DNA of 63,955 bases, counting the filler, from Nanobdellota archaeon (lineage in GTDB: Archaea; Nanobdellota; Nanobdellia; B33-G15): assembly GCA_003660925.1 (NCBI GenBank). It is 4 parts of 4 records of this genome, joined end to end, with 100 filler letters (N's around TTAATTAATTAA, not from the genome) between each part and the next. Parts side by side here need not be neighbours in the genome. Positions count along the whole stretch, not along the records: positions 1 to 20,774 come from QMVD01000006.1; 3 more parts are not named here. The stretch is one strand, 5' to 3'. Positions 8,513 to 17,225 of this stretch are shown piece after piece (the first letter of the stretch is position 1; every line of letters begins with the position of its first letter). The position numbers and the translations under genes were made by a program. Below the pieces are notes generated by a model, which saw only the letters and a program-made list of their open reading frames with translations, made no database searches and was not told the DNA's origin.

Positions 8513-9265
8513 ATGGGATTTGAGGAGGTGGTGGAGAAGTTTGAAAAGCTGAAGGAAAAATTGAGGAGAGAGCCTCCTGTCATCTTCGATGACGCGAGAG
8601 AACTCGTGTTCATCGGAGACGTCCATGGAGATATGGGGACGGTGAGATATGTGAAGGAGAATTTCTTAGGAAAACGGAAGATAGTTTTCCTGGGGGACTT
8701 CGTGGATAGGGGAGAAAGGGGGACGGAGGTCGCCTGCGAAGTGGCAGACTTGAAGTTGAGAGGAGAAGATGTGATCATCCTCTCAGGAAATCACGACATC
8801 TGTCTCGAGGTCTACCCGAGGGACTGGAGGCTCCACTTAGAGAGGGAATTCGGTCCTGGATGGAAGCAAGTTGAGCTAGCTTATGTTTCTGCCATGAGAG
8901 AAGCACCCGTAGCCTACGTGAATGAGGGATACAAGCTAGTTGCTCTGCATGGTTTCATACCGAAGGAGAGGTGGGACATAAAGAAGTGGGAGAAAGGAGA
9001 TGAAGAAATCGTTTGGAACGACCCAGAGGTCACGGGAGGTCTGCCGGGCAGAAATCCGCGAGGGGTGGGTTGGATCATCTCGAAAGAAGAAGCGCTGGAA
9101 TTCTTGAGGAAGAATTCCCTTTCAATCATCGTGAGGAGTCATCAACCTCATTTCAACGAGATCTTCGAGATAAATGGCTTCAAGATAGTGAACATAGGCT
9201 CCTCGAGTTACTATGGGAGGAGGGGTTGTTATCTCCTCCCAGAGGGAGAGATAGTAACCTTTTAA
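8513..9265 (+). CDS. PPP-like metallophosphoesterase (Ser/Thr phosphatase family)
   Basis: GDVHG, GDFVDRG, GNHD, HG, WNDP and RSHQ motifs. Confidence 0.88.
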   Translation: MGFEEVVEKFEKLKEKLRREPPVIFDDARELVFIGDVHGDMGTVRYVKENFLGKRKIVFLGDFVDRGERGTEVACEVADLKLRGEDVIILSGNHDICLEVYPRDWRLHLEREFGPGWKQVELAYVSAMREAPVAYVNEGYKLVALHGFIPKERWDIKKWEKGDEEIVWNDPEVTGGLPGRNPRGVGWIISKEEALEFLRKNSLSIIVRSHQPHFNEIFEINGFKIVNIGSSSYYGRRGCYLLPEGEIVTF

Positions 9266-9489
9266 TCGCTGGCTATTAGCGTTGATGTGGCCCTAACGTT
9301 CTTTATTTTCCTGAGCTTCGTCACGAAGGCGTCCAGTTCCTGGAGGCTCTTGGTCTGTACCTTGATGATGAGATCGTACTCTCCGTAGATTTCATGAACC
9401 TCTTTTGCCTGAGGAAGGTTCATGAGTTTCTTCTTGACGTCTCCCTCCTTACCTGGTTCCACGATCACCAAGACGAACGCGGTTATCAT
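9262..9489 (-). CDS. Lrp/AsnC ligand-binding (stand-alone RAM) domain protein
   Basis: MITAFVLVIVEPG...VHEIYGEYDLIIKV...TSTLI, with no HTH. Start placed at ATG 9489. Confidence 0.88.
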   Translation of the reverse strand: MITAFVLVIVEPGKEGDVKKKLMNLPQAKEVHEIYGEYDLIIKVQTKSLQELDAFVTKLRKIKNVRATSTLIASD

Positions 9490-9529
9490 TTGCATAAGAA
9501 ACTTCTTCCCATTTATCAATTTTTTGAGA

Positions 9530-9635
9530 AGGGCCGGCCGGGACTCTCACTCACTTTCTCCCGAGAAAGTGGGGTTTGAACCCGGGACCTACGGCTTAGA
9601 AGGCCGTCGCTCTGTCCAGGCTAAGCTACCGGCCC
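9530..9635 (-). tRNA. tRNA-Arg(TCT) with 31-nt non-canonical intron at 59/60 (intron 9544-9574)
   Basis: Acceptor stem GGGCCGG/CCGGCCC, anticodon arm ACGGC-CTTCTAA-GCCGT, T arm CCGGG-TTCAAA[intron]T-CCCGG. The junctions form a bulge-helix-bulge. Confidence 0.92.
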
Positions 9636-9724
9636 AGATGCTCATCCTCAAGCTTGCTTTATAAGCTTTTCAAGTCGAATCCAAAAATTAATAAAGGGCT
9701 CTCCCTTGAATTTCTCCATGAACG

Positions 9725-12484
9725 GTGATTCTTTTCTCGGAGAAGGACATCCGTAAAATAGAGGTTAAGTGGCAGAAGAGATGGAGAGAAGCCGGGATAT
9801 TTGAGGCGGAGCCGAAAAAGGGGAAGAAGTACTTCGTCACCTTCCCATATCCCTACATAAACGCAGCTCCCCACGTGGGACACGCTTATTCTGCTACCAG
9901 AGCAGACATGATGGCGCGTTTCATGCGCTTGTTGGGCTACAACGTGTTGTTTCCCTTTGGCCTCCATGCCACTGGGGAGCCCATAATGGGAGCAGCCAAG
10001 AGGATAGCTATGGGTGACCAAAAACAGATAGAAGCCTTCGTGATGAGTGGGATCCCAAGGGAGAAAGTGAAGGAGTTTGACGACCCCGTGAAGATAGTCA
10101 AGTTCTTTGCTAAGACTTGGGTGAGGGACTTTCAGAATTATGGGTTGTCGGTGGACTGGAGGAGGACTTTTTACACCACTAAGCTGAATCCCGAATATAA
10201 CAAGTTCGTAACATGGCAGTACAAGAAGTTGAAGAAGATGGGGTTAGTGGTGAAGGGAAAACATCCCGTGATCTGGTGTCCCTCCTGCGAGTCCCCAACC
10301 GGTTCCCACGACAGAAAGGAAGGAGAGAACGCGACGGTGGTGGAATACATCTTGTTAAAATTCAAGTTCGGAGATGCCTTCCTACCAGCCGCTACTCTGA
10401 GGCCGGAAACCATCTTTGGAGTGACTAACATGTGGCTGAATCCAGAAGGGGACTACGTGAGGGCTAAAGTAGACGATGAAGTGTGGATAGTGAGCAAGGA
10501 GAGCGTGAAGAAGTTGAGGGATCAGGAGCACGAGGTGGAAGTCTTGGAAGAGTTCAAGGGAAAGGAGATCATAGGGAAAAGTTGCGTGGAGCCTTTGAGT
10601 GGGAGGGAGATTCCCATACTTCCTGCCTCCTTCGTGGACGTGAGGAACGCGACTGGTGTGGTCATGAGCGTACCAGCTCACGCACCCTATGATTACATGG
10701 CCCTAAAAGATTTGGGCAAACTAAACGAACTCAAGCCCATAACTATAATAAAAAGCGAGATAGGGGAGAACCCCGCGGAGAAGATATGCGAACAGATGGG
10801 TATAACTTCGCAGGAAGACGAGAAGTTGGAACAGGCTACCAAGATCATATACAGGAGGGAGTTCCACAAAGGGATTTTGAATGAGAAGTGTGGGGAGTAT
10901 AGCGGAAAGAGGGTAAGGGACATCAAGCAGAAGTTAGTGGAGGACTTCTCTAAAAAGGGGATGGCTTCCATCATGTATGAGGCCTCGGAACCCGTCATAT
11001 GTAGGTGTCTGACTAGGTGTCACGTGAAGATCATCAAGGATCAGTGGTTCTTGAAGTATAGCGATGAGGAATGGAAGAAAAGGGCGTTGGAGTGTTTGAA
11101 AAAAATGAAAGTTTATCCGGATGAGGCGAGGAATTGGTTGGAGAACGCTATCATCAACATGAAGGACAAAGCGTGTGCGAGGAAGTCTGGGTTGGGAACA
11201 CCTCTCCCTTGGGATCCCGAGTGGATAATAGAGCCACTGAGCGATTCCACCATATACATGAGTTATTACATCATCGCTAAGTACGTGAGAGAGGGAGAAG
11301 TAAAGGCGAAGAACATGAAGGACGAATTCTTCGATTACGTGTTGTTGGGAGAAGGAAACCCAGAAGAGGTGGGAAAGAAGTGTGGATTGGATCCTAAGCT
11401 GTTGAGAGAGATCAGGGAGGAATTCGAGTACTTCTATCCTGTTGATCTGAGGAACTCTGGAAAGGACTTACTACCACACCACCTTCCCTTCTTCATCTTC
11501 CATCACGTGGTGTTCTTCCCAGAGAAATACTGGCCAAGGGCCATTGGCGCGAATGGGTGGGTGACGGTAGATGGGGAGAAGATGAGCAAAAGCAAGGGGA
11601 ATTTCATAACATTGAGACAGGCGGTGGAGGAATATGGAGCAGACGCCTCCAGATTGGCCTTCTTGGACTCTAATGAGGGACTGGCGGACGCTGATTTCAG
11701 GAGGAGTGCTGCCCGGAATTTTAAGGAATTGCTCTTGAAAATACTGATGACCTTAGAGAGGTTCAAGGATGAAAAGGGAGGGGAAGACTTCATGGATGAT
11801 TGGTTAAGGTCAAGGATCCAGTTCAGGATCATGAAGACGAGAGAACACCTGGAGAAGATGGAAAACAGAAGCGCCTTATTGCACTCCCTCCACGGCCTGT
11901 GGCAGGACATAACTAAGTACATTCAAAGGAAAGGGAAGGTGAACGGGAAGACCATAAGATATGCCTTTGACGTGTTCGCCAGGATAAACGTGCCTTTTGC
12001 CCCCCACACCTGCGAGGAGATCTGGGAGAGGCTGGGGAAGAAGGGATTCGTCCACCAAGCCAAGTGGCCTGAGGTGAGGAAAGAGTGGATGAATGAGAAG
12101 TTGGAGTATGGTCAGGAAATCGTTGATAAGTTGGTCTCTGATGTGAACGAAATCCTAAACATCTTGAAGAAGAAACCCAGTAAGATTACTTTTTTCGTGG
12201 CCTCGACTTGGAAGAGGGAAGTCTTAAAGGAACCTAAGAAGCTAAAGGAGGCCATAAAGGAACATGGGAACGTCGCGATAAAGTTAGCGAACATCTTGAA
12301 GGATCCCTCCAAGAGGCCAAAGTTCATCCTGGATGAGAGCGAGGAATTCGAACTTTTAGAAAGCATGAAGGATTACTTCAAGAAGGTCTTCAACTGCGAG
12401 ATCGAGATCAAAAGGGAGAATGAATCCGAAGAAGAAAAGGCGAAGCAGGCTTTACCCGGTAAACCAGCCATCTTAGTCAACTAA
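9725..12484 (+). CDS. leuS: Leucine--tRNA ligase (archaeal/eukaryotic type)
   Basis: TFPYPYIN..HVGH, ATLRPET, GTG-like VVMSVPAHAPYD editing domain, KMSKS, C-terminal KALPGKPAI-like motif. Confidence 0.98.
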   Translation: MILFSEKDIRKIEVKWQKRWREAGIFEAEPKKGKKYFVTFPYPYINAAPHVGHAYSATRADMMARFMRLLGYNVLFPFGLHATGEPIMGAAKRIAMGDQKQIEAFVMSGIPREKVKEFDDPVKIVKFFAKTWVRDFQNYGLSVDWRRTFYTTKLNPEYNKFVTWQYKKLKKMGLVVKGKHPVIWCPSCESPTGSHDRKEGENATVVEYILLKFKFGDAFLPAATLRPETIFGVTNMWLNPEGDYVRAKVDDEVWIVSKESVKKLRDQEHEVEVLEEFKGKEIIGKSCVEPLSGREIPILPASFVDVRNATGVVMSVPAHAPYDYMALKDLGKLNELKPITIIKSEIGENPAEKICEQMGITSQEDEKLEQATKIIYRREFHKGILNEKCGEYSGKRVRDIKQKLVEDFSKKGMASIMYEASEPVICRCLTRCHVKIIKDQWFLKYSDEEWKKRALECLKKMKVYPDEARNWLENAIINMKDKACARKSGLGTPLPWDPEWIIEPLSDSTIYMSYYIIAKYVREGEVKAKNMKDEFFDYVLLGEGNPEEVGKKCGLDPKLLREIREEFEYFYPVDLRNSGKDLLPHHLPFFIFHHVVFFPEKYWPRAIGANGWVTVDGEKMSKSKGNFITLRQAVEEYGADASRLAFLDSNEGLADADFRRSAARNFKELLLKILMTLERFKDEKGGEDFMDDWLRSRIQFRIMKTREHLEKMENRSALLHSLHGLWQDITKYIQRKGKVNGKTIRYAFDVFARINVPFAPHTCEEIWERLGKKGFVHQAKWPEVRKEWMNEKLEYGQEIVDKLVSDVNEILNILKKKPSKITFFVASTWKREVLKEPKKLKEAIKEHGNVAIKLANILKDPSKRPKFILDESEEFELLESMKDYFKKVFNCEIEIKRENESEEEKAKQALPGKPAILVN

Positions 12485-13820
12485 CTACATCGTCCATGAG
12501 CTTGAGTAAAGACTCGAATACGTCGCGGTGCTCGGAGATGTTGAGGGGGTTCTCTTCATTGAAGTCATTAACTATATCATATAGCTCGTAATGATCTTTG
12601 AAACGAATCAGTTTGTAACCGTTGTCGATCACGCACAACTCCCCGTCTTCGATGTCTTGGAAGGAAACGACCCACTTTCTCCTCCCGGGATCGAACAAGT
12701 TCCTCCCATCGAAGTTGCCCTCTATCTCTATGCCTAACAGATCTAGGAGGGTGGGGACCATATCGACCAGCATAACTGGTTTCCTGAAGATTCCTCTTAC
12801 TTTGGAAGGCAACCTTATCATCAATGGCACATGAATGTTGGAGTTATAGATATCTCTGTGCCTGAACGTACCATGTTCCCCGAAGCTCTCTCCGTGGTCC
12901 GAAAGGATCACTACGATAGTATTCTCAAGGCACCCTTTCGATTTGAGCAAGGACAACAGCTTTCCAAGTTCCTCATCCGCCCACCTTATCTTATTAGAAT
13001 AAGCGTATCGTAAGAAGAGGCGATCATCTTCCGATGACTCATTTATTTCGGAGAGAGATCCGTTGCGGATGAGATGATATGCTTTCATAATTTGATCCTC
13101 TTGTAGTTCTGAAAAGCTATTCAAGGAACTCCTGTTCAACTGAGAGAGGATATGGTGTCTGTCGAACAACTCCCTTAAAAACAGGCTTATGTTAGAGGAG
13201 GATGGGGGAGGGAAAAACAGCTTGGATTCATCGGGTAATAAGTAGGGGAAGTGGGGAGCATATGTGTGGAAAAAGGCGAAGAATTTACCATTACAATCGA
13301 GTGTGGTGTTGATCACGGCCAGGTCAAACGGTTTGAAAAGAATGGAGTCATAGTTGTAGTAGATCTCGTCGAACCCCTTCAAGATCCCCCTTTCCTCCGA
13401 TACGAAGGCGTTGCCTGTATAAGCGTAGGTCTTGTAACCTTCTCGGGAGAGAATTTCTGTGATGGTCAGGTTAGTCAAAGTGCTATTTCTGTGAACCGTT
13501 AGATGATGATTGGGGTACAAAGAAGAGAAGATGGAAGCATGACTCGGAAGCGTCCAAAAACTCTGTGAGAAGGCTCTTTCAAATAAGATGGCTTCCCTTG
13601 AGAAGGAGTCCAAGTTAGGAGAGGTATTTAGAAAATAGCCATAGACTCCTAAGTAGTCCGCCCTCACAGTATCTAGGGATATCAAGATGAGATTACAACC
13701 CTTACAAGAAAGGCCCTGTGGCTCAGGAGTACTAGAGAACAAAAACATTGGGAATGCATAAGTGATGAGGAAAAATGCGGTAGATATTGCTAACAGGGAA
13801 GCTCTCATCGATGAACCCAT
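12477..13820 (-). CDS. Membrane-anchored sulfatase / alkaline-phosphatase-superfamily protein
   Basis: N-terminal TM, ILISLDTVRAD, WTLPSHAS (Thr at the nucleophile position), PHFPY, SDHGE, HVPL. Confidence 0.88.
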   Translation of the reverse strand: MGSSMRASLLAISTAFFLITYAFPMFLFSSTPEPQGLSCKGCNLILISLDTVRADYLGVYGYFLNTSPNLDSFSREAILFERAFSQSFWTLPSHASIFSSLYPNHHLTVHRNSTLTNLTITEILSREGYKTYAYTGNAFVSEERGILKGFDEIYYNYDSILFKPFDLAVINTTLDCNGKFFAFFHTYAPHFPYLLPDESKLFFPPPSSSNISLFLRELFDRHHILSQLNRSSLNSFSELQEDQIMKAYHLIRNGSLSEINESSEDDRLFLRYAYSNKIRWADEELGKLLSLLKSKGCLENTIVVILSDHGESFGEHGTFRHRDIYNSNIHVPLMIRLPSKVRGIFRKPVMLVDMVPTLLDLLGIEIEGNFDGRNLFDPGRRKWVVSFQDIEDGELCVIDNGYKLIRFKDHYELYDIVNDFNEENPLNISEHRDVFESLLKLMDDVVS

Positions 13821-13855
13821 AACCGTCCTCGTTTATAAGTTTACTCACACTAACT

Positions 13856-14047
13856 TTAGAACTCCCCCTTCTTCTTCAAGAAGGTGATGTAACCTGCTAT
13901 CTTATTCCTTATGACTTTAGAGGGGATGTCTATCAGTTGGTCCAAGATTTTCTTGTTTTCCTCGAATTTGTCCGTGAATTTGCTTCCGTGCTCTAACAAG
14001 ATCTTCCTCGTCATGCTCTTTATGAATTTCGTCCTTATCCTGCTCAT
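13856..14047 (-). CDS. rps17e: 30S ribosomal protein eS17
   Basis: MSRIRTKFIK...FEENKK...RNKIAGYIT. Confidence 0.96.
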   Translation of the reverse strand: MSRIRTKFIKSMTRKILLEHGSKFTDKFEENKKILDQLIDIPSKVIRNKIAGYITFLKKKGEF

Positions 14048-15504
14048 TTGACCACCACCGGCTTCCTCAACACCACCTGTTTCACTGCTCTTTTAAGCTT
14101 TGCGTCGTTCCTGGCGTATATGGTGAAAAGAGGTTCCTCCTTCCTCACCTTTTCCCCCACCTTCTTGTGAAGGTATATCCCTGCTCCTTCGTCGAAGGGG
14201 GCCCCAGCCACTCTAGCGAGCTCGTTCAGGGCGTGATTGCTTATGTACACCACTCTCCCGTTCTTCGGGCTCGTGTAAGTGAATTCGTGCTCATAAGGCT
14301 GTAGGTCTTCGGAGATGATCCTAGGGTCTCCTCCTTGAGCCTCAATGATCTCCTTCATCTTCCTCAGAGCTTCTCCCTTCTCCAGCATCTCTTTCAGATC
14401 AGCTTTTATGTTCAACAATTTCAACAGGTTCTCTGCGAGTTTCAAGGCCTTATTCCTCAAATCTTCGGGGCCACTCCCCTCCAAGACCATCAAGGCGTCC
14501 TTGGCTGAGAGGAGGGGACCAACGCCGTTCCCGATGGGTTGGTACCCAGAGGTGTAAACCACGCTCACCTCCATCTTCAAGCGCCTGGCGATCCCAAGGA
14601 ACATCCTCTTCAACCTGGTAGCCTCTAATCTGTTCCTCACTTTAGCTTCGGGTCCTATGGGGAAGTCCAAAACTAAATGTGTAGCTCCGACCGACAACTT
14701 CTTCGCCATGATGCTGGCTATCATCTGGGAGACCGGATCTATGTTCAGGACCTTCTCCACGTTTATGAGTTTGTCATCCACTGGTGCCAAGTTTAGCGAA
14801 CCCCCCCACACTATGCACCCACCAACTTTGTTCACGATCTCCTTGATCTCGTCGAGCGAGAAAGAGACATTAGCTAGAACTTCCATGGCATCAGCAGTCC
14901 CAGAGGCAGAGGTTATTGCCCTGCTCGAGGTCTTGGGCATCACGTATCCCAAGGATGTTATCAGGGGGACTATGATCATGGTCACCTTGTTCCCAGGGAT
15001 TCCTCCCAAACTGTGCTTGTCCAGGATGGGGTAATGACTTAACTCCAACCTCTGACCGACGTCCACCATGGCTTCTACCAGATAGGCAATCTCGTCCAAG
15101 CTCATTCCTCTTATGTATTGGGAGACCACGAAGGCCGAGATGTCCATATCACTCAATTCATCCTCGTTTATTGCCCTGACGATCTCCTCTATTTCCTTGC
15201 GCTTGAGCCTCTTGCCATCCAACTTCTTCCTTATGTAATCCGCTGCTAAAGGCTTCTCCAGGACTTCTATGTCCACCTCTTCCCAGTCCTTTATATCATA
15301 TCTCTCCCAAATGTCCCTGAAAAGGCCTACAATGTTCCTTGGGAAGCGTTCTGCGATGTTAACTATCGCAGTTATTTCCTTGTCCTTCCACAAGATCTTC
15401 ACCCTGTCTTTTGGCCTAACCCCCAGCTTCCAGGCAGTGCTGTCGTCTAAGACCACTACGTCTGGCCCCCCTGTCTTGAAATCTAATCTCTTGACCTTGA
15501 GCAT
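14044..15504 (-). CDS. AMP phosphorylase (thymidine phosphorylase family)
   Basis: N-terminal extra domain, DKHSLGGIPGNK, KTSSRAITSASGTAD, WGGSLNLAPVDD, AGAPFDEGAG. Adjacent to R15P isomerase. Confidence 0.93.
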   Translation of the reverse strand: MLKVKRLDFKTGGPDVVVLDDSTAWKLGVRPKDRVKILWKDKEITAIVNIAERFPRNIVGLFRDIWERYDIKDWEEVDIEVLEKPLAADYIRKKLDGKRLKRKEIEEIVRAINEDELSDMDISAFVVSQYIRGMSLDEIAYLVEAMVDVGQRLELSHYPILDKHSLGGIPGNKVTMIIVPLITSLGYVMPKTSSRAITSASGTADAMEVLANVSFSLDEIKEIVNKVGGCIVWGGSLNLAPVDDKLINVEKVLNIDPVSQMIASIMAKKLSVGATHLVLDFPIGPEAKVRNRLEATRLKRMFLGIARRLKMEVSVVYTSGYQPIGNGVGPLLSAKDALMVLEGSGPEDLRNKALKLAENLLKLLNIKADLKEMLEKGEALRKMKEIIEAQGGDPRIISEDLQPYEHEFTYTSPKNGRVVYISNHALNELARVAGAPFDEGAGIYLHKKVGEKVRKEEPLFTIYARNDAKLKRAVKQVVLRKPVVVK

Positions 15505-15536
15505 AGAAGGAGGAAGTAAGAACGTCTATTTAAGCT

Positions 15537-16370
15537 TTAATGAAGGATCCACGGGTAATGTTTCTCTATCAGGTCGTAGATCATTTCTGGTGCATAGACT
15601 CCGAACTCTGTCATGAACCCTGTTATGAGCTCCTCGGGAGTTATATCGAATGCCGGGTTTATCACGTCGAGTCCTTTAGGTCTGGTCTTCCAGACCTCGT
15701 CAGGGGATCTCACTTCTATCCTTCCTTTCGCGTATATGGTCTGGGGGTCAAATTTTAACAAGGTGGTGGCCACGTAGAAGGGAACGTTCTCCCTCTTCGC
15801 CAGTACCGCGAGGGGGTAGGTGCCTACCTTGTTGACCACGGAGATCTCTGAGGTTATGGCATCGCACCCAACTATGACGTAGTCCACCCTATCCATCAAG
15901 ATGCCTGCGGCGCTGTCCGTTATGAAGTGGGTCTTTATCTTGTGCTTCAAGAGCTCCTTGGCAGTCTCCCTACCCTGGTAGAGGGGTCTCGTTTCTGTGA
16001 CGAACACTTCCACTCCTCTTATCTTCTTCAGCACAGAAATGACAGAGGAGGAGTGGCAATGAGTCATCACCTTACAATTTCCTTTTAATCTGTTAGCACA
16101 AAGGGATATGTCTGCCATGGCTTTCTTCAACAGGTTCTTGGCAGAGTTTATTGCCTCGCGGAAGTCTTCCTCCCTCAAGACGTAGTTCACTAGGTTCCTC
16201 ATTAAAGGTTCGGTGGGTCTTGTAGAGAACAGTCTCCTCCTCGCGACCTCTAAGTCTTTCCTCGGATTTTTTGAGCGTCTCAACACTTGTTCCAAATATC
16301 TCAAGGAAGCGAGGGCGACATTAGTCGCCCCTTGAATGCGAAGAGATCTCAGGTCCTCCAAGATGCCCAT
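15537..16370 (-). CDS. Ribose-1,5-bisphosphate isomerase (eIF2B family)
   Basis: IQGA, TRPTEP, THCHS, ETRP, GCDAI, NKVGT and NPAFDITP motifs. Next to AMP phosphorylase. Confidence 0.9.
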   Translation of the reverse strand: MGILEDLRSLRIQGATNVALASLRYLEQVLRRSKNPRKDLEVARRRLFSTRPTEPLMRNLVNYVLREEDFREAINSAKNLLKKAMADISLCANRLKGNCKVMTHCHSSSVISVLKKIRGVEVFVTETRPLYQGRETAKELLKHKIKTHFITDSAAGILMDRVDYVIVGCDAITSEISVVNKVGTYPLAVLAKRENVPFYVATTLLKFDPQTIYAKGRIEVRSPDEVWKTRPKGLDVINPAFDITPEELITGFMTEFGVYAPEMIYDLIEKHYPWILH

Positions 16371-16394
16371 GAGTTAAGACTAACTTTGAGATAT

Positions 16395-16664
16395 TTAAAG
16401 GGTTCTCCTCAAATCCGTGACGTCAAAGCTCTCCACACCTTCTAACCCTTTCACCTTCTCCTCGATCTCTCCCAAGTATCCTTCCTCGTCTGGGATCAAG
16501 AAGTAGACCACTAAAGCCTTTAAACCAAAGGCGATGGGTTGAACTTCGCTCCCAGCGAATTTTCCCTTTTCTTCCACGACTTTCCTAACCCTCTTCTCTA
16601 ACTCCTTTAGATCCACCTCTAAGGAAGAAGGCATCACCCTCGCTGTTACCATTACTTCCCCCAT
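16395..16664 (-). CDS. ef1b: Translation elongation factor 1-beta
   Basis: MGEVMVTARVMP...PIAFGLKAL. Start at ATG 16664. Confidence 0.95.
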   Translation of the reverse strand: MGEVMVTARVMPSSLEVDLKELEKRVRKVVEEKGKFAGSEVQPIAFGLKALVVYFLIPDEEGYLGEIEEKVKGLEGVESFDVTDLRRTL

Positions 16665-16665
16665 T

Positions 16666-16827
16666 TCAAGGCCCCTCAAAACCACATTTTGGACACTTGT
16701 ACTTGGCCGCTATCTTCCTGCACCTCCCGCACCTGACGATCTCATGCTCCCCACACTTAGGACAGGGAAACACTACGGAGTTCTCTATGGTGGATATTTC
16801 CCTCCCGCAGGAGATGCACTTCCTCAT
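16666..16827 (-). CDS. Zinc-ribbon protein (DUF1610 / HVO_2753-like), 53 aa
   Basis: Not in ORF track. MRKCISCGREI...FPCPKCGEHEIVRCGRCRK...YKCPKCGFEGP has four CxxC motifs and sits in the conserved position upstream of EF-1beta. Confidence 0.93.
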   Translation of the reverse strand: MRKCISCGREISTIENSVVFPCPKCGEHEIVRCGRCRKIAAKYKCPKCGFEGP

Positions 16828-16871
16828 TGGCTTGCTCAAGATATATAAATTTTTAAACTTTAGGTAAGGCC

Positions 16872-17225
16872 ATGTTCAAGCAGGTCATAGTGGTGAGGGG
16901 AGACTTAAAAATGAGCAAGGGAAAGATGGCGGCGCAGGTTGCTCATGGGAGTTTAAGCGCCTCCATAAAGGTGATGAACTTGAAACCCTCCTGGTTCAGG
17001 ATATGGAACCAAGAGGGACAGAAGAAAGTGGTCCTAGTGGCAAAGGACCTGAAGGAGCTCGAAAAGTTGGAGAAGAAGGCCAGGGAGAAGAAGCTATATG
17101 TGGAGTTCGTGGTGGATAGGGGGTTGACTGAGGTTGAACCTGGGACGGTGACTTGTTTGGTCATAGGACCAGGGCCAGAGGAGTTAATAGATAAGGTGAC
17201 CGGAAGCCTTCCCTTGTTGAAATGA
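16872..17225 (+). CDS. pth2: Peptidyl-tRNA hydrolase 2
   Basis: KQVIVVRGDLKMSKGKMAAQVAH, GQKKVVL, DRGLTEV, IGPG...IDKVTGSLPLL. Confidence 0.97.
   Translation: MFKQVIVVRGDLKMSKGKMAAQVAHGSLSASIKVMNLKPSWFRIWNQEGQKKVVLVAKDLKELEKLEKKAREKKLYVEFVVDRGLTEVEPGTVTCLVIGPGPEELIDKVTGSLPLLK

Noticed and set aside
9552..9571. Strong hairpin CACTTTCTC/GAGAAAGTG as a terminator or mini mobile element
   Set aside because: Explained as the inner helix of the tRNA-Arg intron.
15537..16370. eIF2B subunit or methylthioribose-1-phosphate isomerase call
   Set aside because: The THCHS motif and adjacency to AMP phosphorylase favour R15P isomerase.
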